A DNA stretch of 64,000 bases from Octopus vulgaris (lineage: Eukaryota). The stretch covers positions 120,652,001-120,716,000 of the forward strand of contig OX597817.1 of the NCBI GenBank assembly GCA_951406725.2, given 5' to 3'. A program made the position numbers and the translations under genes. Below are positions 1-14,881 of the stretch, piece after piece. Below the pieces are notes generated by a model. That model was not told the DNA's origin and searched no databases. It was given only the letters and a program-made list of their open reading frames with translations. How positions within the stretch are numbered: the first letter of the stretch is position 1; each line of letters begins with the position of its first letter.

Positions 1-429
1 AATATTATAATAAACATCATAAACTCCATACATTTGAAGTCATGAACTTGTGTTGCTGTTTAAGCAATGTTCTAAAATAATAATTTTAAGTAATCTTTTT
101 AATTAATACTTTTAATTAATGTTTTCAAAAACAAGTGCATATGCAGGTGTTCCATTTGCATGCACCTGGACAAATGCATAGATATACACACATATAAACT
201 CATAGACACAAATATATACATGGAATTATATATTATTGTATGTATTATACATACATGTATACATGTACATATATTCTTATATACATATATGCACATATAG
301 AAATATAGCCATGCATTCAAACATATTAAAACATATATTGATAAAACTATTATTTTAACATATCAAAAACTATTTTTCCCTCTGAACCAGAACAAGATTC
401 AAGAAGGTTTGTATTTGCATAAAAGATAT

Positions 430-1030
430 TTAACTGCTTGCATACAAGGCATTAACAGCTCATTTCTTTTGTTCAAACTATTGGTGACTTGAGTAAAAAT
501 TCTCAGTTTTCTTTTTTTTTTGCTCAAACAAAGGTCACACTACATCTTTCATTTAAGCCTTACATTCTTGTATGGTTGTGTGTTATCCACAATAGAGCAG
601 GTCATTTTGAATTCATGAGGACTTGTCTTATGCAAGAACCATGTAAACTTTGACAATTCTGTAGCTTATTTTCTGTTGGAGATGACAAATGAATGTTTGT
701 GCATGTAATAAAACTTTTTGAATGCAAGTTTTGTTGTCCCAATATATATTACTGCTGTTTGATTCAACCTTTGCACTGTATACTATCGACTTTGCCAGAC
801 AGTTACCATCTAATGGACAGTTCTCATGAAGTCTAAAGTTGCATGATCTTTGTTGGCTAGCTGTTTGCATCTCTCTTCTTTCTATTCAGCTGAAATTTTT
901 GCAAGCTGAATAACTAACCTTAACACAGTTCCAGTTCAATATTTTTCTATATTTATGCCCTGACAGAAAATGGTTATCTATTGAATTAAGAAATTCTCTA
1001 GCTATATTAGTTTTTACTGTTAGGTTAAAA
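430..1030 (-). mobile_element. Decayed Penelope-like element (PLE), linker plus GIY-YIG endonuclease region
   Basis: Minus-strand translation gives VKTNIAREFLNSIDNHF..HKYRKILNWNCVKVSYSAC, then CNFRLHENCPLDGNCLAKSIVYSAKV, a frameshifted YIGTTK, and later CDLCLSK and RNELLMPC. The motif order matches the ORF at 47285. Contains stops and frameshifts. Confidence 0.85.
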
Positions 1031-1371
1031 ACTGTAATTGTATGATGGAGTAAACCTATGATAGAAGTACAATGTTTAGCTGATACTGCATGTGGAATTG
1101 TATATACCTGGCAAAATGTAACAAATACCCTATTTTATGTATGTGCGGGCTGTTAAGAAGAATTAGTTTATATAAATGAAAGAACATAAAGTTAAGTGTT
1201 TCCTTCAGACTTTCATTTCATATTTCAAAAAGTATTCAGACAATGGATATTCGAAAGAAAACCAGGTTTCTTGGTTTAACACCTGATGATCAGAAATGAG
1301 CAACTCTGAGTACTGGAAATATGAGCCTTTCAATAATGTATTTTATATATATGCTTCACATTATGCCACAG

Positions 1372-1492
1372 GGTCAACTGTTTACAGTAATCAACTAGTA
1401 CTTATTTCATCCCTGAAAGGGTGAAAGGCAAATTTGACCTTAGCAGAGCTTGAACACAGAATGTAAAGACAGATGAAATGCCACTAAGCCTT
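1372..1492 (-). mobile_element. SINE family B fragment (tRNA-derived)
   Basis: Resembles 14648-14881 (gtacttatttcatccctgaaagggtgaaaggcaaatttgacc). Confidence 0.65.
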
Positions 1493-1498
1493 TTGACT

Positions 1499-1785
<287 letters not shown>

Positions 1786-3645
1786 TTATGTCACATGATC
1801 ACGTGATATAAATCTTTGTTTTTAGGTTGTGATAAAAATAATTTTACATTAAATTGAAGGACATGTCAGTAATTTGGTAGCATACAAAATTGTTATTCTT
1901 TAACAAGAATATCATTGACTGTAACTGCGAAGTTTCAGCCAGCAAAATATATAGTGTTACTGCAATTCGAGGACTTCAGTAAATCAAAAAATATGATTTC
2001 TTTAAATAATGTATTTCTGGTAGACTATATCTCCAATATCTCCACAGGTAGCTAATAGAAAGATATGTAATTCCTGAAAAATGTTCCAAACAGAACCCAA
2101 AGCTGGTTGAACTGAGACATACAGACATAGAATAGGAAATTCATTACATTTTGCCTGGTATATACAATTCTACATGCAGTGTCAGCTAAACCTTGTACTA
2201 CTATAATAGATTTATTCCATTATACAATTACAGTCTCAAAAACATACTGCTTAGCAGGTCATTAATTAATTGATTAACTAATTAATACTGTGTGTTTGTT
2301 CTATAATGGAATGGAATGAGAAATGTCAATAAGAAATATTGAATTTTTCTATTTTCTGTTTTGCCAGGCATGGCTGTATGATTAAGATGTTTCGTCCACA
2401 ATTATGCAGTCGTAGGTTCAGTTACACGCATACAACAGGCTTTTTACCATTTCTACCTAACCAAAATGACTTGCAAGGTTGAATGGAGTTTATTGAGGTA
2501 GATTTTCTATGGCTGGCTGCCCTTCATCTCACCAACCATTACGTATTTCCAAGCAAGGTAATATGGACTCGGGTCTATAATAAAAGATACTTGTCCAAAT
2601 TGCCAAGCTGTAGGACTGAACCGTTAACCCATTTTCTTGGAATGCAAACTTCTTATCCACACAGCCATGCCTGTGCCTACGTTTATACATTCAGATGCAT
2701 TCACTACAAAAATGTAATTCTTATCACAGACTGAAAATGATTCAAAATGATTCAGAATGATTCTAACTTGTATATTTAGAGCAAGCAATTTTTTACACAC
2801 CACCCATATTTGGAGGTCTGGGTTAAATTTTAGGTTATTATTGTTGATTTGACTCAAGTTCATTCTTATTCCTGTAAAATTTATGTGGGTAGCCTTAGGT
2901 ATCCACAAGCTTTCAATAGTTTTTCAAGTGCTAAACCCCCCACCCCTGATAATCTTTCCTCTCCCTAGGAAGCAAACTTTCTGTAGACATTCTACAAAGC
3001 ATTCTATTCTAAATCCACCAACCTTTTGTCTACATATTTATCACAGACTTATTTATCATTAAAAAAAACAACTTATCAACCGTTTCTTAAACTATCATCA
3101 TCATCATCATCATCATCATTATCATTATTATTATTATTATTTGGTATTTCATTTTTTGTTTGCTTTTCTTCCATGCTGGCATATTAATTATAAGAACCTC
3201 TCTGTGAGTTTAGAAGAGTTCTAGAGAATCAGATTCACTCATCTCTATTGATCTTACACGGTTGCTTATAAATTTGTAATAGCTTGAGACAGACACACAG
3301 AAAGAGAGAGTGTGTATGCATGTGTGTGTATGTATGTGTGTGTGTGTGTGTGTGTGTAAGTGTAAAGGAAAATATAAAATGGATGTGAAAGAATTATCAT
3401 GGTGTATCAGCTTAGCTATGGTGTAGTTTAGTGTAGTATAGTGCAAGTCCACTATTAATTCCATTGTTTGTTTGTTGCTAATATGACTCCTCTTGTCAAG
3501 CATTAATAGATGAACAAATCAGGACACCATGGTTGAAATCACATCCATAGCATTACAAACTGGAACTAATTAATTTCTTCTATTTAAACTATTCAAACAG
3601 TACATCAAGTTGTTGGTTGCTATCTACAGATTCTATTGTGCACAT

Positions 3646-3726
<81 letters not shown>

Positions 3727-4401
3727 CACACACACAAATACACATACAAGAACACATACGTGCATGCATACAACTGAACAAAAACATAAACGTAAACATG
3801 AACTTGGGTGTATAAAATAAATTAACATTATGTGAAATATTTTTGGACGTTTTTTTTTTTTTTTTTTTTGGTGTGTGTATATGTATATGTATGAGTGTTG
3901 CTGTTTCCAGTTTTCCCAACAGTTTCTGCTTTGCCTTTTCTTGTTATTTTTGTCGATGCTGTTGATGTTTTGATTAAACTATTGTTGTTCTAATCATAAC
4001 ACAAACATACATCAACCTTCGCTATTGATTCCATTAGCTTAACAAGGTGTGTTTACAGTTTTCTTTATTGGTTTATATTTCTTCGTTTATTTCATGAGTT
4101 GAAACACTTAATATATTAATTGTGTTTTTGTTTCAGCTTCCTTTAGGTTTTTTTCTTTCTTAATTTGAGGAAGTGGTGCTGGTGGTGATGATGGCGAGGC
4201 AGGGCATTAGGTTGCTCATTGTCACAATGTTTTAAAGATTAAAATTTTGAAGAAACCTGCTAATAGTTTCTTTTCCATATCAAACATTTCTCTTCGGTTT
4301 TAAAGAGAGTAAGTAGCATTTTCTATGTTTTCAATTATGCACTATTCTAAGTTTATAAATCCTTATGTAAAATTTAACAATAATTCAAAAAATATACACA
4401 T

Positions 4402-4763
4402 AGGCACAGGCATACCTGTACGGTAAGAAGCTTGCTCCCCAACCACATGGTTCCAGGTTCAGTCCCACTGCATGGTGCCTTGAGCAAGTGTCTTCTACTA
4501 TAGCCTCGGGTTGACCCAAGCCTTGTGAGAGGATGTGGCGGATGGAAACTGAAAGAAGCCTGTCGTATATATATATATGTGTGCATGTGTGTTTATGTGT
4601 GTGCATGTATGTGTGTGTGAGTGCATATGTGTATGTGTGCATGTATGTCTTTGTGCCTGTGTTTGTCACTCCATCTCCACCACTTGACAACAGGTGTTGG
4701 AGTGTTTGTGTCCGTGTAACTTAGCAATTCAACAAACGATATCAACAGAATAAATTCCAGGCT
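4402..4763 (+). mobile_element. SINE family A (tRNA-like head, CORE-like ccttgagcaagt, internal TA/TG microsatellite)
   Basis: Colinear with the copies at 51332 (+) and 9095, 46462, 60338 (-). B-box-like GGTTCAGTCCC. Confidence 0.85.
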
Positions 4764-4802
4764 GTTATAATTTTATTTTCACATTGTTTTGTAATACTTT
4801 TA

Positions 4803-5020
4803 TTACTCTTTACTCTTTTACTCTTTTACTTGTTTCAGTCATTTGACTGTGGCCATGCTGGAGCACCGCCTTTAGTCAAGCAAATCGACCCCTGGACTTA
4901 TTCTTTGCAAGCCCAGTACTTATTCTATCAGTCTTTTTTACCGAACCGCTAAGTGACGGGGACGTAAACACACCAGCATCGGTTGTCAAGCAATGCTAGG
5001 GGGACAAACACAGACACACA
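4803..5020 (-). mobile_element. SINE family A, 3' half
   Basis: (ACTCTTTT)n tail followed by tgtttcagtcatttgactgtggccatgctggagcaccgcc, shared with the other copies. Confidence 0.85.
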
Positions 5021-6507
5021 AGCACAATGTTCACATTGTTTTGTATTATTCATGCATTATCTTAGAGCTTCAGAGACTTCAATGATGTTACTGTTGCTTG
5101 GGTCAGACAAATTTGTTGCAGCAGATTTTCTATGCTGGATGCTCCCCCTGTTGCAGACCTTCATTGGTATCCAAGCAAAGTGATATTTCCTTATGGATTT
5201 TGAAAATGTATGGCACAATGTCTAAACTTGTTTTCACGGAAGACTGTAAACAAATGACACCACTTATATGACAGTGACATTCATTTACAATTACACTGCA
5301 ATGTCAAGACAAGGAGACATGAACACACACACACACACACACACACATACACATACACACACACACACACATGAAAGGCTTATTTTAGTGCCTATCTACA
5401 AAATTTACTCACAAAGTAAAAATCATCCTGGGGCTATAATAGAAGATATCTGCCCAATGTGTTATGCTGTGAGATTGAACCAAGCAGTTGTGAAGTGAGC
5501 CTCTTAACCACTTGGACATAACTGCACCTAATTCTTATTCATTCACCAATGCAGTACACCAGGCTATACGTAAGTAACCCAATGACAGTTTGGTATTCTG
5601 TGGTAAACAGCAGTAACTGAAATGTTTACGGAGTTCAGAATGCCAGGAGTATGAAAGAAGTAGAGGTGAACTACTCATGAGACCAGAATCCTATCAGGAA
5701 GGATAGTTATTTTTCATCCATTTATTATTATTAAAACCTTTTCTGTTTTTTGTAATAAATATACACATCCCTCTGCATATGAGCACCCACAAACACACAC
5801 ATGCATGCATACATACATACATACATACATGCATGCATGCATGCATGCATGCATCCATCCATGCATGCATGCATCCATCCATCCATCTATACATACATAC
5901 ATACATACATACATACATACATACATACATACATACATACATACATACATGCATGCATCAAAACTAGAAAGGAGAAATTTGATTTGAAGACTACAAATCC
6001 AAGCCTTCGTTGGAACTGTAAAACTCTGTAAAATTTTTGCGAAATTTATCCTTTAAGTGTATATAAGCATGTCTAGATATGCAAGTATACACATGAGAAG
6101 ACACACATAGAACAAAACATACAAATCTGCACATTAGTATAGTTATACCTAAAATCTCCAAGAAGTTAAGGAGATAGACAAAGAACATGCTGTCTCACTG
6201 CAGTTTAGAACTTCACGATTTTTGATATAATTATACTAATGTGTTCATCTGTTCTAATTTAATTAAATTCTATGTCTTTGTGCAGCTGAAGATTGCTCTG
6301 CATTTTAAATTGATATAATGATTGCATTGTTCAATTAAATGGAGTTGCATGAAACGACTGTACTGCATTACTTCTGGATATCCTTGTTACTTATTATGAT
6401 TTTAATCACTTTACTTTGAAATTGTATGGATAATACCGTACTAAATTCTGGTGCCTCAACTTCAGTACCATATTCATCTGAATCTCTCTCTCTCTCTCTC
6501 TCTCTCT

Positions 6508-6603
<96 letters not shown>

Positions 6604-7036
6604 CAAATATGCACACATGCACAAACAAATACACACACATATATGTGTGTGTTTGTGCATGTCTGAAAAGTTATTCAGATATATTAAAAAGTGAAAACTT
6701 GCATGCAAAGCCTAGTTAAGACTTAATGAATAAAATCTTTTTGAAGATCAGTTCATAATAATTGACCCTTTTCAATCAATATAAAGAAATACTCATTACA
6801 TGGTATAATAATAATTTCATTATATATTACTAAGTCATCATTATTTCATCCAATTAAGCAGAAAACTACTGCGCCAATCTTTGTTGTGTAACAGTATAAC
6901 TGGATTTTTGGAGAGAAGATTAATATAACAATCATTGAGAAAAGCAATAAGGCTTCAAACTAATCAATAGTTATCTTCTAAATTTTCCTTTATTTTTTAT
7001 TTTATTATGTATTGTGTGTGTGTGTGTATTATGTAT

Positions 7037-7094
<58 letters not shown>

Positions 7095-7628
7095 ATATTG
7101 ATTAGATAGTGAAATTCTTCCTTTATATTTATTATGTAAATATTATACAAATAAAGAAAAATCAAAATATAAGTAAGAGCATTGAGGCAAAAATATCAAC
7201 GTTTTTTAGCAAAGAGATTTAACCCTTCATGTTCTTGTACAGTAAGAAGGGTGTGTCCATTTCAGAAATTTGTAATCCCTCTTTTTACTCTATTTCACGA
7301 ATGACAATGCAATAAGTGCAATTTGTTTTATGCCGAAGCAGGAACAGAATAAATCTTTGATGGAAAATTTTCTTACAGAGCCTTTCAAGTAGTTTGAAAT
7401 TATCTGAATATAAAAAGGCATGATGAATCGTTTTCCAATTTCATTTTCTTTTTTCTCTCTATTTGATGCAAATTATAAAATCATATAACATATACGGTGT
7501 TTGCATAATATGTACTCACCTGTTTGTCAATTTAAGAGCTCATGTCAGAGCAGAGATTAGTTGTATAATACACACACACACACACACACTCATATACATA
7601 CACACATATATGTACATACATACATATA

Positions 7629-7663
<35 letters not shown>

Positions 7664-7694
7664 GCATATATATATATATATGCATATATATATA

Positions 7695-7758
7695 TATTCA
7701 TTTTTATGCATATACTCAACACAACACAAATGAATTTGTGTTGCTATAGTATTATTTG

Positions 7759-7855
<97 letters not shown>

Positions 7856-7879
7856 AATATGTATATATATACATATATA

Positions 7880-7910
<31 letters not shown>

Positions 7911-7973
7911 CAAATAAAACTATAACAACACAACACAAATTCATTTGTGTTGTGTTGTGTATATACATAAGAA

Positions 7974-7980
<7 letters not shown>
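7695..7980. repeat. Inverted repeat (~65-70 bp arms) around a (TA)n spacer
   Basis: attcatttttatgcatatactcaacacaacacaaatgaatttgtgttgctatagtattatttgat matches the reverse complement of 7909-7978. Confidence 0.85.
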
Positions 7981-8045
<65 letters not shown>

Positions 8046-9094
8046 GAAAAATAGACACACAGACAGAGGCAATGCTACCCCAAGTTTAGAAAATAATATT
8101 CACTATTGGTAAAGCAACAACAACAAGAAAGAACATGCAAACAGATTCTGTTTGAATTCTGAGATAGTCAAAGATTTCTCAATGGCTGTTGGCACTGGAT
8201 TCCATAGAAATAGTTTATAATGATGTATTTCATTTGCTCACCTGTGGATATTTGAAAACAATGCAAAATGACTTAAAAATTTTTTTTGTTGCTTTGTTTT
8301 TGAAGGTTTTCATGCAGTTTATTATCTGATTGCTTTTTTTTTTATTTACCATTTTGTGGTTATTACTATTGAAAATATATTTTGTCAAAGGAAATTTACT
8401 TAACATTTTCAGGCAAACAGTAATAAAGGAGAAATTTGCAATAAAAACAAATTTTCTTACCTTTGTTATTCTTGTCTGTTTCTTTTCACTGCATTCTTGT
8501 ATAGTTTATCGTTAAAGCCAATAGCTTAGGAATTTACCGGTCTGGGTTTATCATGTGTGTATATATATATATATATTTTTTTTTGTATATATATACAAAT
8601 ATATATATATGAAGCAATTTATTTTGTTTTGTTTTGTGGTAGTTGGTGTGTTTTAGTTCTTGTTGGTTGTGTAACTAAGGGTTGAAATTCTTGACTTATA
8701 GGTTTTTGTTTCTTTTTTTTCTACTTTTTTTTAAAGTTTTTTTTTTCTTCTTTTTATGTTAGGGCCAGTCTGTTAAGACACACACAAAGGCTTTTGTCAG
8801 CTGAAAATATACAAAGAAGTTAAAACATCCACTAAGTAATTTATTTGCTTAAAGTTCCATGTTGTTTAATCTTATGTCTGTGTGTATGTGAATGTGTATG
8901 TTTGTTTAATGTTCATGTACATCTTTAACAATCATTATATACAACGAATTATAAATCAAAGTTGAAAAATGATATACATATATAAAATACATACAACAAT
9001 ATTTACTCATGTATTTATTTATTTATTTATTATCTTTTTAATATAATGTTTTAACACAACACTTTCCATCTCTATGAGGCAGTACTGAATGCTA

Positions 9095-9315
9095 TACTCT
9101 TTTACTCTCTTTTACTTGTTTCAGTCACTTGACTGCGGCCATGCTGGAGCACCGTCTTTAATCGAGCAACTCGACCCTAGGACTTATTCTTTTGTAAGCC
9201 CAGTACTTATTCTATCGGTCTCTTTTGCCGAACCGCAAAGTAACGGGGACATGAACACACCAGCATCGGTTGTCAAGCAATGCTAGGGACAAACACAGAC
9301 GCACAAACACACACA

Positions 9316-9363
<48 letters not shown>

Positions 9364-9537
9364 CATATATACGAAGGGCTTCTTTTCAGTTTCTGTCTAC
9401 CAAATCCACTCACAAGGCTTTGGTCGGCCCGAGGCTATAGTAGAAGACACTTGCCCAAGGTGCCACGCAGTGGGACTGAACCCAGAACCATGTAGTTGGT
9501 AAGCAAGCTACTTACCACACAACCACTCCTGCGCCTA
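9095..9537 (-). mobile_element. SINE family A, full length
   Basis: Head (reverse complement ggcgcaggagtggttgtgtggtaagtagcttgc), ccttgggcaagt CORE-like motif, internal TA tract, GAGTAAAA tail. Confidence 0.92.
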
Positions 9538-10494
9538 CAATATTTACTTAATATTTACTAAATTTTTCAATGTACTAAATTTTTCAATGTTCATAACTGC
9601 TTTCACAATATTACATCTTGCGCAAACATGTTCCCTACAGCACAGAATTACAACATAATATTGCACGAGATTTATGATGTCTTTCATTAAACATTTCCCT
9701 TTAGATATGGTTTATGAGCCACTTTATATATGGTTTATGTATCATATTTCGGAATTGATTGCTGCACAGAAATATGTACTTTATATTTCTAATAGTAATA
9801 GCTTCATGATGTGGTACAGTGCTGGCTGAACTGGTTGTTTAAAATTATATACATTCATATCCTGCCCTGAAACTAGTTTGGTTCAGTTAGTCTCTGTCTA
9901 AGACAGTTAAAACTTCATAAATATAGTTCATTTAGATATAGATTGGTACCATAGGGAGGGAAAGAGAAAATGAAATGCATGATTGAAGAGTAGCTTGATA
10001 GCCACATTGCAAGGTTTAAAGATATACATTGGCTATAAGAAGGAAATGGTCAACCATTCTGGTATTTCTTTTCAGAGTCAGTAGACAAACTGAATCAAAA
10101 TCCTTTTATTATTAATATATCTTGACTAACACACAAGGTCAGTTGAGGTTACTTGAGCTTCTTAATATACGACTCTTCTCTACTTTTCTCTATCCTTCTC
10201 TTCCACTTCCTCACCACAGCCTTCGCTCATCTCCCTTGTAAAATCAAGACCCTCATCCACACTGTTGACTGCTATGGTTCAGGAATTCCAGGATAGCTGG
10301 TCAGTAAACCAGCTATTCATATTGCCAGCCATTTGGACAACTATCGGCATCATAATCATCACCAATATTATCATTGTCCCCTTCCTCCTACCGTCATCCT
10401 ATCCCAACCTCCCTCTCATCCTACACCTGCCCTACCCTCACCTACCGTCCCCCTCCCCTACACTCTTCGTCATCGTTGACATCATTGCCGTCAT

Positions 10495-10740
10495 CATCAT
10501 CATCATCATTTAGTGTCTGCTTTCAATGTTGACATGGTTTAGATAGCTTGACTGGAACTGGTAAGCTGGAGAGTTGCACCAGGTTCCAGTCTGATTTGGC
10601 TTGGTTTCTACAGCTGGATGCCCTTCCTAATGCCAACCACTCAAAGAGTGTAATGGATGCTTTTTATGTGCCACCAGTTTGACAAGTCTTCTCAAGCACT
10701 GCATATCTCCAAAGGTCTCAGTCACTTGTCATCACCTCCA
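10495..10740 (-). mobile_element. RTE-tailed SINE family E fragment
   Basis: (CAT)n tail plus tttctacagctggatgcccttcctaatgccaaccac, shared with 26054 and 58965. Confidence 0.8.
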
Positions 10741-11531
10741 TACACACACACATAATTTTTTATCTTTTGCTTGTTTCAGTCAATAGACTGTGGCCATGCT
10801 GGGGTACTGCCTGGAGGAATTTTAATTGAATTAATTGACACCAGGATTTATTTTCTTTGTAAACCTGGTACTTATTCTAACAGTCTCTTTTGCCAAACTG
10901 CTAAGTTATGGAGATGTAAACACACTAACAACAGATGTCAAGTGATGCCAGAAGACAAACGCAGAGAAAAAGACACTCACATACACACACATATTGTTCT
11001 TCTTTTTCTGTGTATCACACATGACACACTGAACGTATTTCCCTGATATCCATGTATCGTATATGATACACATTCCCAATTATTTTCAACCTCCACAGTA
11101 ACTTGAGACTTATGAAAGGTAAGCTTTATATCACTCAAAGCATTTGTAAAACAAGTTACCTAAAAGTCTGAAAACAAGTGTGGACGTCGAGGACACACTT
11201 ATGAAAACACTTTGGACCAATTATGGGTTAAATTATTTTACAATCAAATAAATATTTGCTTTTTAAACAAAGTTCACCTAGCTAAGCTCTGTGGATTGGC
11301 TTAATTTGGTTCAGTTAGTTTTAGTTTTAAAATGATTGTTTTTAAGAATCAGATAATAAGTAGCAAATCTTCAAAGCTGTTTGAGCTTTGGGTAGAATGT
11401 CATATGGCATTTGTTGTGATTCCCGTTGTTGGGAGTTCATATCCTGTCAAGGTAAATGTTACCATTTATCCATTCATGGGTTGGTAAAAGGTTATCAATC
11501 CAGGACAGTAGATTGGTAGAAATATTAAAAA

Positions 11532-11904
11532 CAGAGGTTCTCAACCAGGGTCCATATGACCCTTGGGTGCACCGTATAAGATTTTGGTGGGGTCTGCACA
11601 AATAAAATAGTAAATTGGGAATTCACACTAGTATTCTAAGGGTTCATGAAAAATATTTGTTTTAGATGAATTTATTACAATAAACAAGTGTGTTTATTTC
11701 ACTAACATTTTACATAGCTTTATATGTTTCCAGCCACTAAAACACATTCTCTTATAGAGTACAGACCTACATGGTTGATTGTGTGAAAAACAAAATAAGA
11801 ATTTTGAAAGAAGTACCCATAAAACTAATTTTTAAACAGTGAATGGCAGAATAAAAGAGAAATGAAAGGGATCCATAGGTAAAAAAAATATTTATGAACG
11901 ACTG
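11532..11904. mobile_element. hAT (Charlie/MER5-like) non-autonomous DNA transposon
   Basis: Left end CAGAGGTTCTCAAC; degenerate right end (reverse complement CAGTCGTTCATAA); 8-bp flanks attaaaaa/atttaaag are similar. Confidence 0.6.
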
Positions 11905-12039
11905 ATTTAAAGGGTCAAGAAAGATTCTTGCACTGTCTGCTTTGGTTCTTTGTATTCTGAAAGCAATGTCTGCAACAACACTAGGGCCAAGCTGTATTAG
12001 CCGAAGTGAGTGGTCTGTCTTTTTGGATAAATATCTGTG

Positions 12040-12620
12040 GTATAATGGAGAAATCTAAGTATTTCAGGACCATATTCATGAGTGATGAGAAACAGGAATG
12101 CTAGAACTTTAGTTACATGCACAGTAATGCACCAGCTCCAGTATTCGATCCTCAGAAGTGGAGAGGTGGAAAAGTCAAATTCACTATCTTCAATTTGGAT
12201 TTTGTGCCTGTCCTCACCTATGGCCATGAATGTTGGGTAATGACCAAAAGAGTATGATTGCAAATACAGGTAGCTGAAATAGGATGCTTCTGCAAAACAT
12301 CTTAGGTAATGTTACTTGACAGGTAGTGTAGCTCAGAGATTTGGAAGTATCTTCAACTAGAGCCACTACTTCACTCCATTGAGAGGTCATAACTCCAGTA
12401 CTACAAACATGTGAATAGAATGTCATAGGAAAGAATCACAAAAGAGATTCTTCAGGCCAAGCTAAGTGGCACTAAATAATATCCATAATCTCAGTTGGTT
12501 TATGTTTGGAAATCCAGATGGAATGTAATGGACTGTTGCTTCCGATAGGACCCTATGGTGTATGTCCCTGAGGACACTTCTCTCGTGATCCTCTATGGAA
12601 TAGTAGTTAGAGAAGAAAGA
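12040..12620 (+). mobile_element. RTE-clade LINE remnant, region C-terminal to the RT core
   Basis: Translates to FVPVLTYGHECWVMTKRV*LQIQVAEIG, the P.LTYG.E.W.MT...IQ..E motif of RTE/Expander ORF2. Decayed. Confidence 0.8.
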
Positions 12621-12894
12621 TGGATAGTGAGGGGAGGACTTGCTTGCAACAGCGACTGCTAGTCTTCTTCAGATGATCAGTCCAGGTTTGTACATGCAGT
12701 GTATAGATTCATTGGCAGTCTTGATTAAATTCAACTACGTGTATGACCAATTAGTACAGATTAAGTTTGGATGCCTGGCTCTGTTTAGAAACCACAACTA
12801 CTCAACTAGCTCTCTTTGGTCAGAGAAATCAAGTTATGTTGCTTTAACACACATCCATAAATGTTGATTTTTTTATTTTTTCATTTTTTATTAG

Positions 12895-12938
<44 letters not shown>

Positions 12939-14319
12939 GACAAGTTTGTACAGGATTTGATTTCAATTAAATTTCAATTAGGAAAAAAGTTTTATTAATA
13001 TTTTCTTAAGATTCACACAGTGATTTTTAAAAGAGTTTATAAAAATTCATAGAGTGGTTAATGTGATACTTATAAACATAATGTTTTGGCTATTTTTGGC
13101 TAAATATAATTCTTAAATGTTATTTCTCTTATTATTTCTACATAAACTCCAAATATTTGTCATATCCAAATAACTTTTCTATGAAATCAATCATCAAAAC
13201 TAATGATATAATATAGGAGACTTTTCTCTTGTAGGTCAGCTTGATGACAGAGAAATGTTTACTGAAATCAGTTCCTGAATTCATCAAGTAAATTTATTTG
13301 ACATTAATTAATTGTTCATTATCTTTATCTTTTGCTTATCAATTCCTGCTCTTAAGAAACTATTGTTGTTATTACTGTTGTTGTTGTTTTCATTTGTTTG
13401 CTAATTATTTTCTCACCAATTGTTATCATTTATTCTCTCAAAGCTCATCCATCTGTATCTATTGCCAATTATACTGGTGACTGGAATTTGTTATTAAACC
13501 TCCAGGAAGTTAGTTAGAATACCACTGTTTATTCATCTGTATGTTATAAGTTTACAATCTGGCTATCTACCAATTTGCCAATAATTTACCAATTCACAAA
13601 GTTATCTTTCTACAACCTAGCAATCGATTTCATATACATTAATTCTCATCTGCTGCTCATAATTTCAATATTGTTTCATTAATATTTAAAACAAAAAATT
13701 TATTATTCTCTTGCATCTAAATGTCTATAAAGAATCCATTATTATCATCAAGTCCCCATGAGTTGAACTGTTGCTTTTTAAATTTCTTTCATGAAATACC
13801 CGTATCTATTTGGGTCTTGTCACATCCGTGCTACTCAGGCATTAAAATATTTATATCAAAGCATCATATTAATAGTCCCTATCAGTGGTAGATTCTTGGC
13901 AGCAGAGGAGTTGATTCACTTTCAATTTCCATTTTCAATGGCCCAACTTATTATATATGGTAAACCTTTACACCGATATGAATGCCAGAAATACCCATTT
14001 TCTCTACCCTCTAAATCTAAAGGCTCTATGCCAAAGTATACATCATCATGATCATGATCATTGACTTTTTGTTGTTCAATTTTCCATGCTTGCATAGGTC
14101 TGGTGGAATTCATAGATGCAGAGTTGAGTTTTCTATGGCCAGGTGCTCTTTCTGTCACCAACCCTCACCTATTTCCAAGCAAAGTAATATTTTCTGATGA
14201 TAAGATGTATTGCCCCCTGCAGACTAAAAATGAACATCATTGTTCATATCACAATGATGTTTATTTACAACTGTTGAGTGATGTTAAGTCCAAGACCGAC
14301 ACACACACACACACACACG

Positions 14320-14353
<34 letters not shown>

Positions 14354-14371
14354 CACGTGCGCACACACATG

Positions 14372-14409
<38 letters not shown>

Positions 14410-14647
14410 TACAACAAATTTCTTTCAGTTTTCAGCCACCAAATACATTCACAGGACTCCTCTATGTAGAAGGCACTTGCTCAAGTTGACATGCTGTGGG
14501 GTTTAATTTAGAAGTACATAAACTGGCTGATAGATTAAGTCTACCATCTAAGTAAGCAGGCCATGTCCAAATTTGAACACTGATACACAAACTCTTGGTG
14601 TTATAAGAAACTTTCTAAAGCACACAGTTGTGCTGTTTGAGCAAATA

Positions 14648-14881
14648 TATTTCTTTATTGCCCACAAGGGGTTAAACATAGAGGGGACAAACAAGGACAG
14701 ACAAACGGATTAAGTCGATTACATCGACCCCAGTGCGTAACTGGTACTTTATTTATCGACCCCAAAAGGATGAAAGGCAAAGTCGACCTCGGCGGAATTT
14801 GAACTCACAATGTAATGACAGACGAAATACGGCTACGCATTTCGCCTGGCGTGCTAACGTTTCTGCCAGCTCACTGCCTTC
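14648..14881 (-). mobile_element. SINE family B, full length with 13-bp TSD
   Basis: Reverse complement starts gaaggcagtgagctggcagaaacgttagcacgcc with B-box GAGTTCAAATTCC. TSD gtttgagcaaata at 14635-14647 and 14882-14894. Confidence 0.93.

Noticed and set aside
1279-1330. CTGATGA-TCAG..CTG-GAAA hammerhead-like motif next to the PLE remnant
   Set aside because: No convincing stem I partner or NUH triplet follows GAAA. It may be a decayed copy but cannot be supported.
7498-8470. Minus-strand donor-like sites (CAG|GTGAGT ~7520, CAG|GTGAGC ~8242, AAG|GTAAGA ~8460)
   Set aside because: No open exon with a credible acceptor could be built upstream of any of them.
8763-8840. Possible terminal exon ASLLRHTQRLLSAENIQRS*, and LSRPNISNPLLLSKH* at 36073
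   Set aside because: Only an acceptor-like tract supports each. No recognisable homology, and such tracts are common in T-rich DNA.
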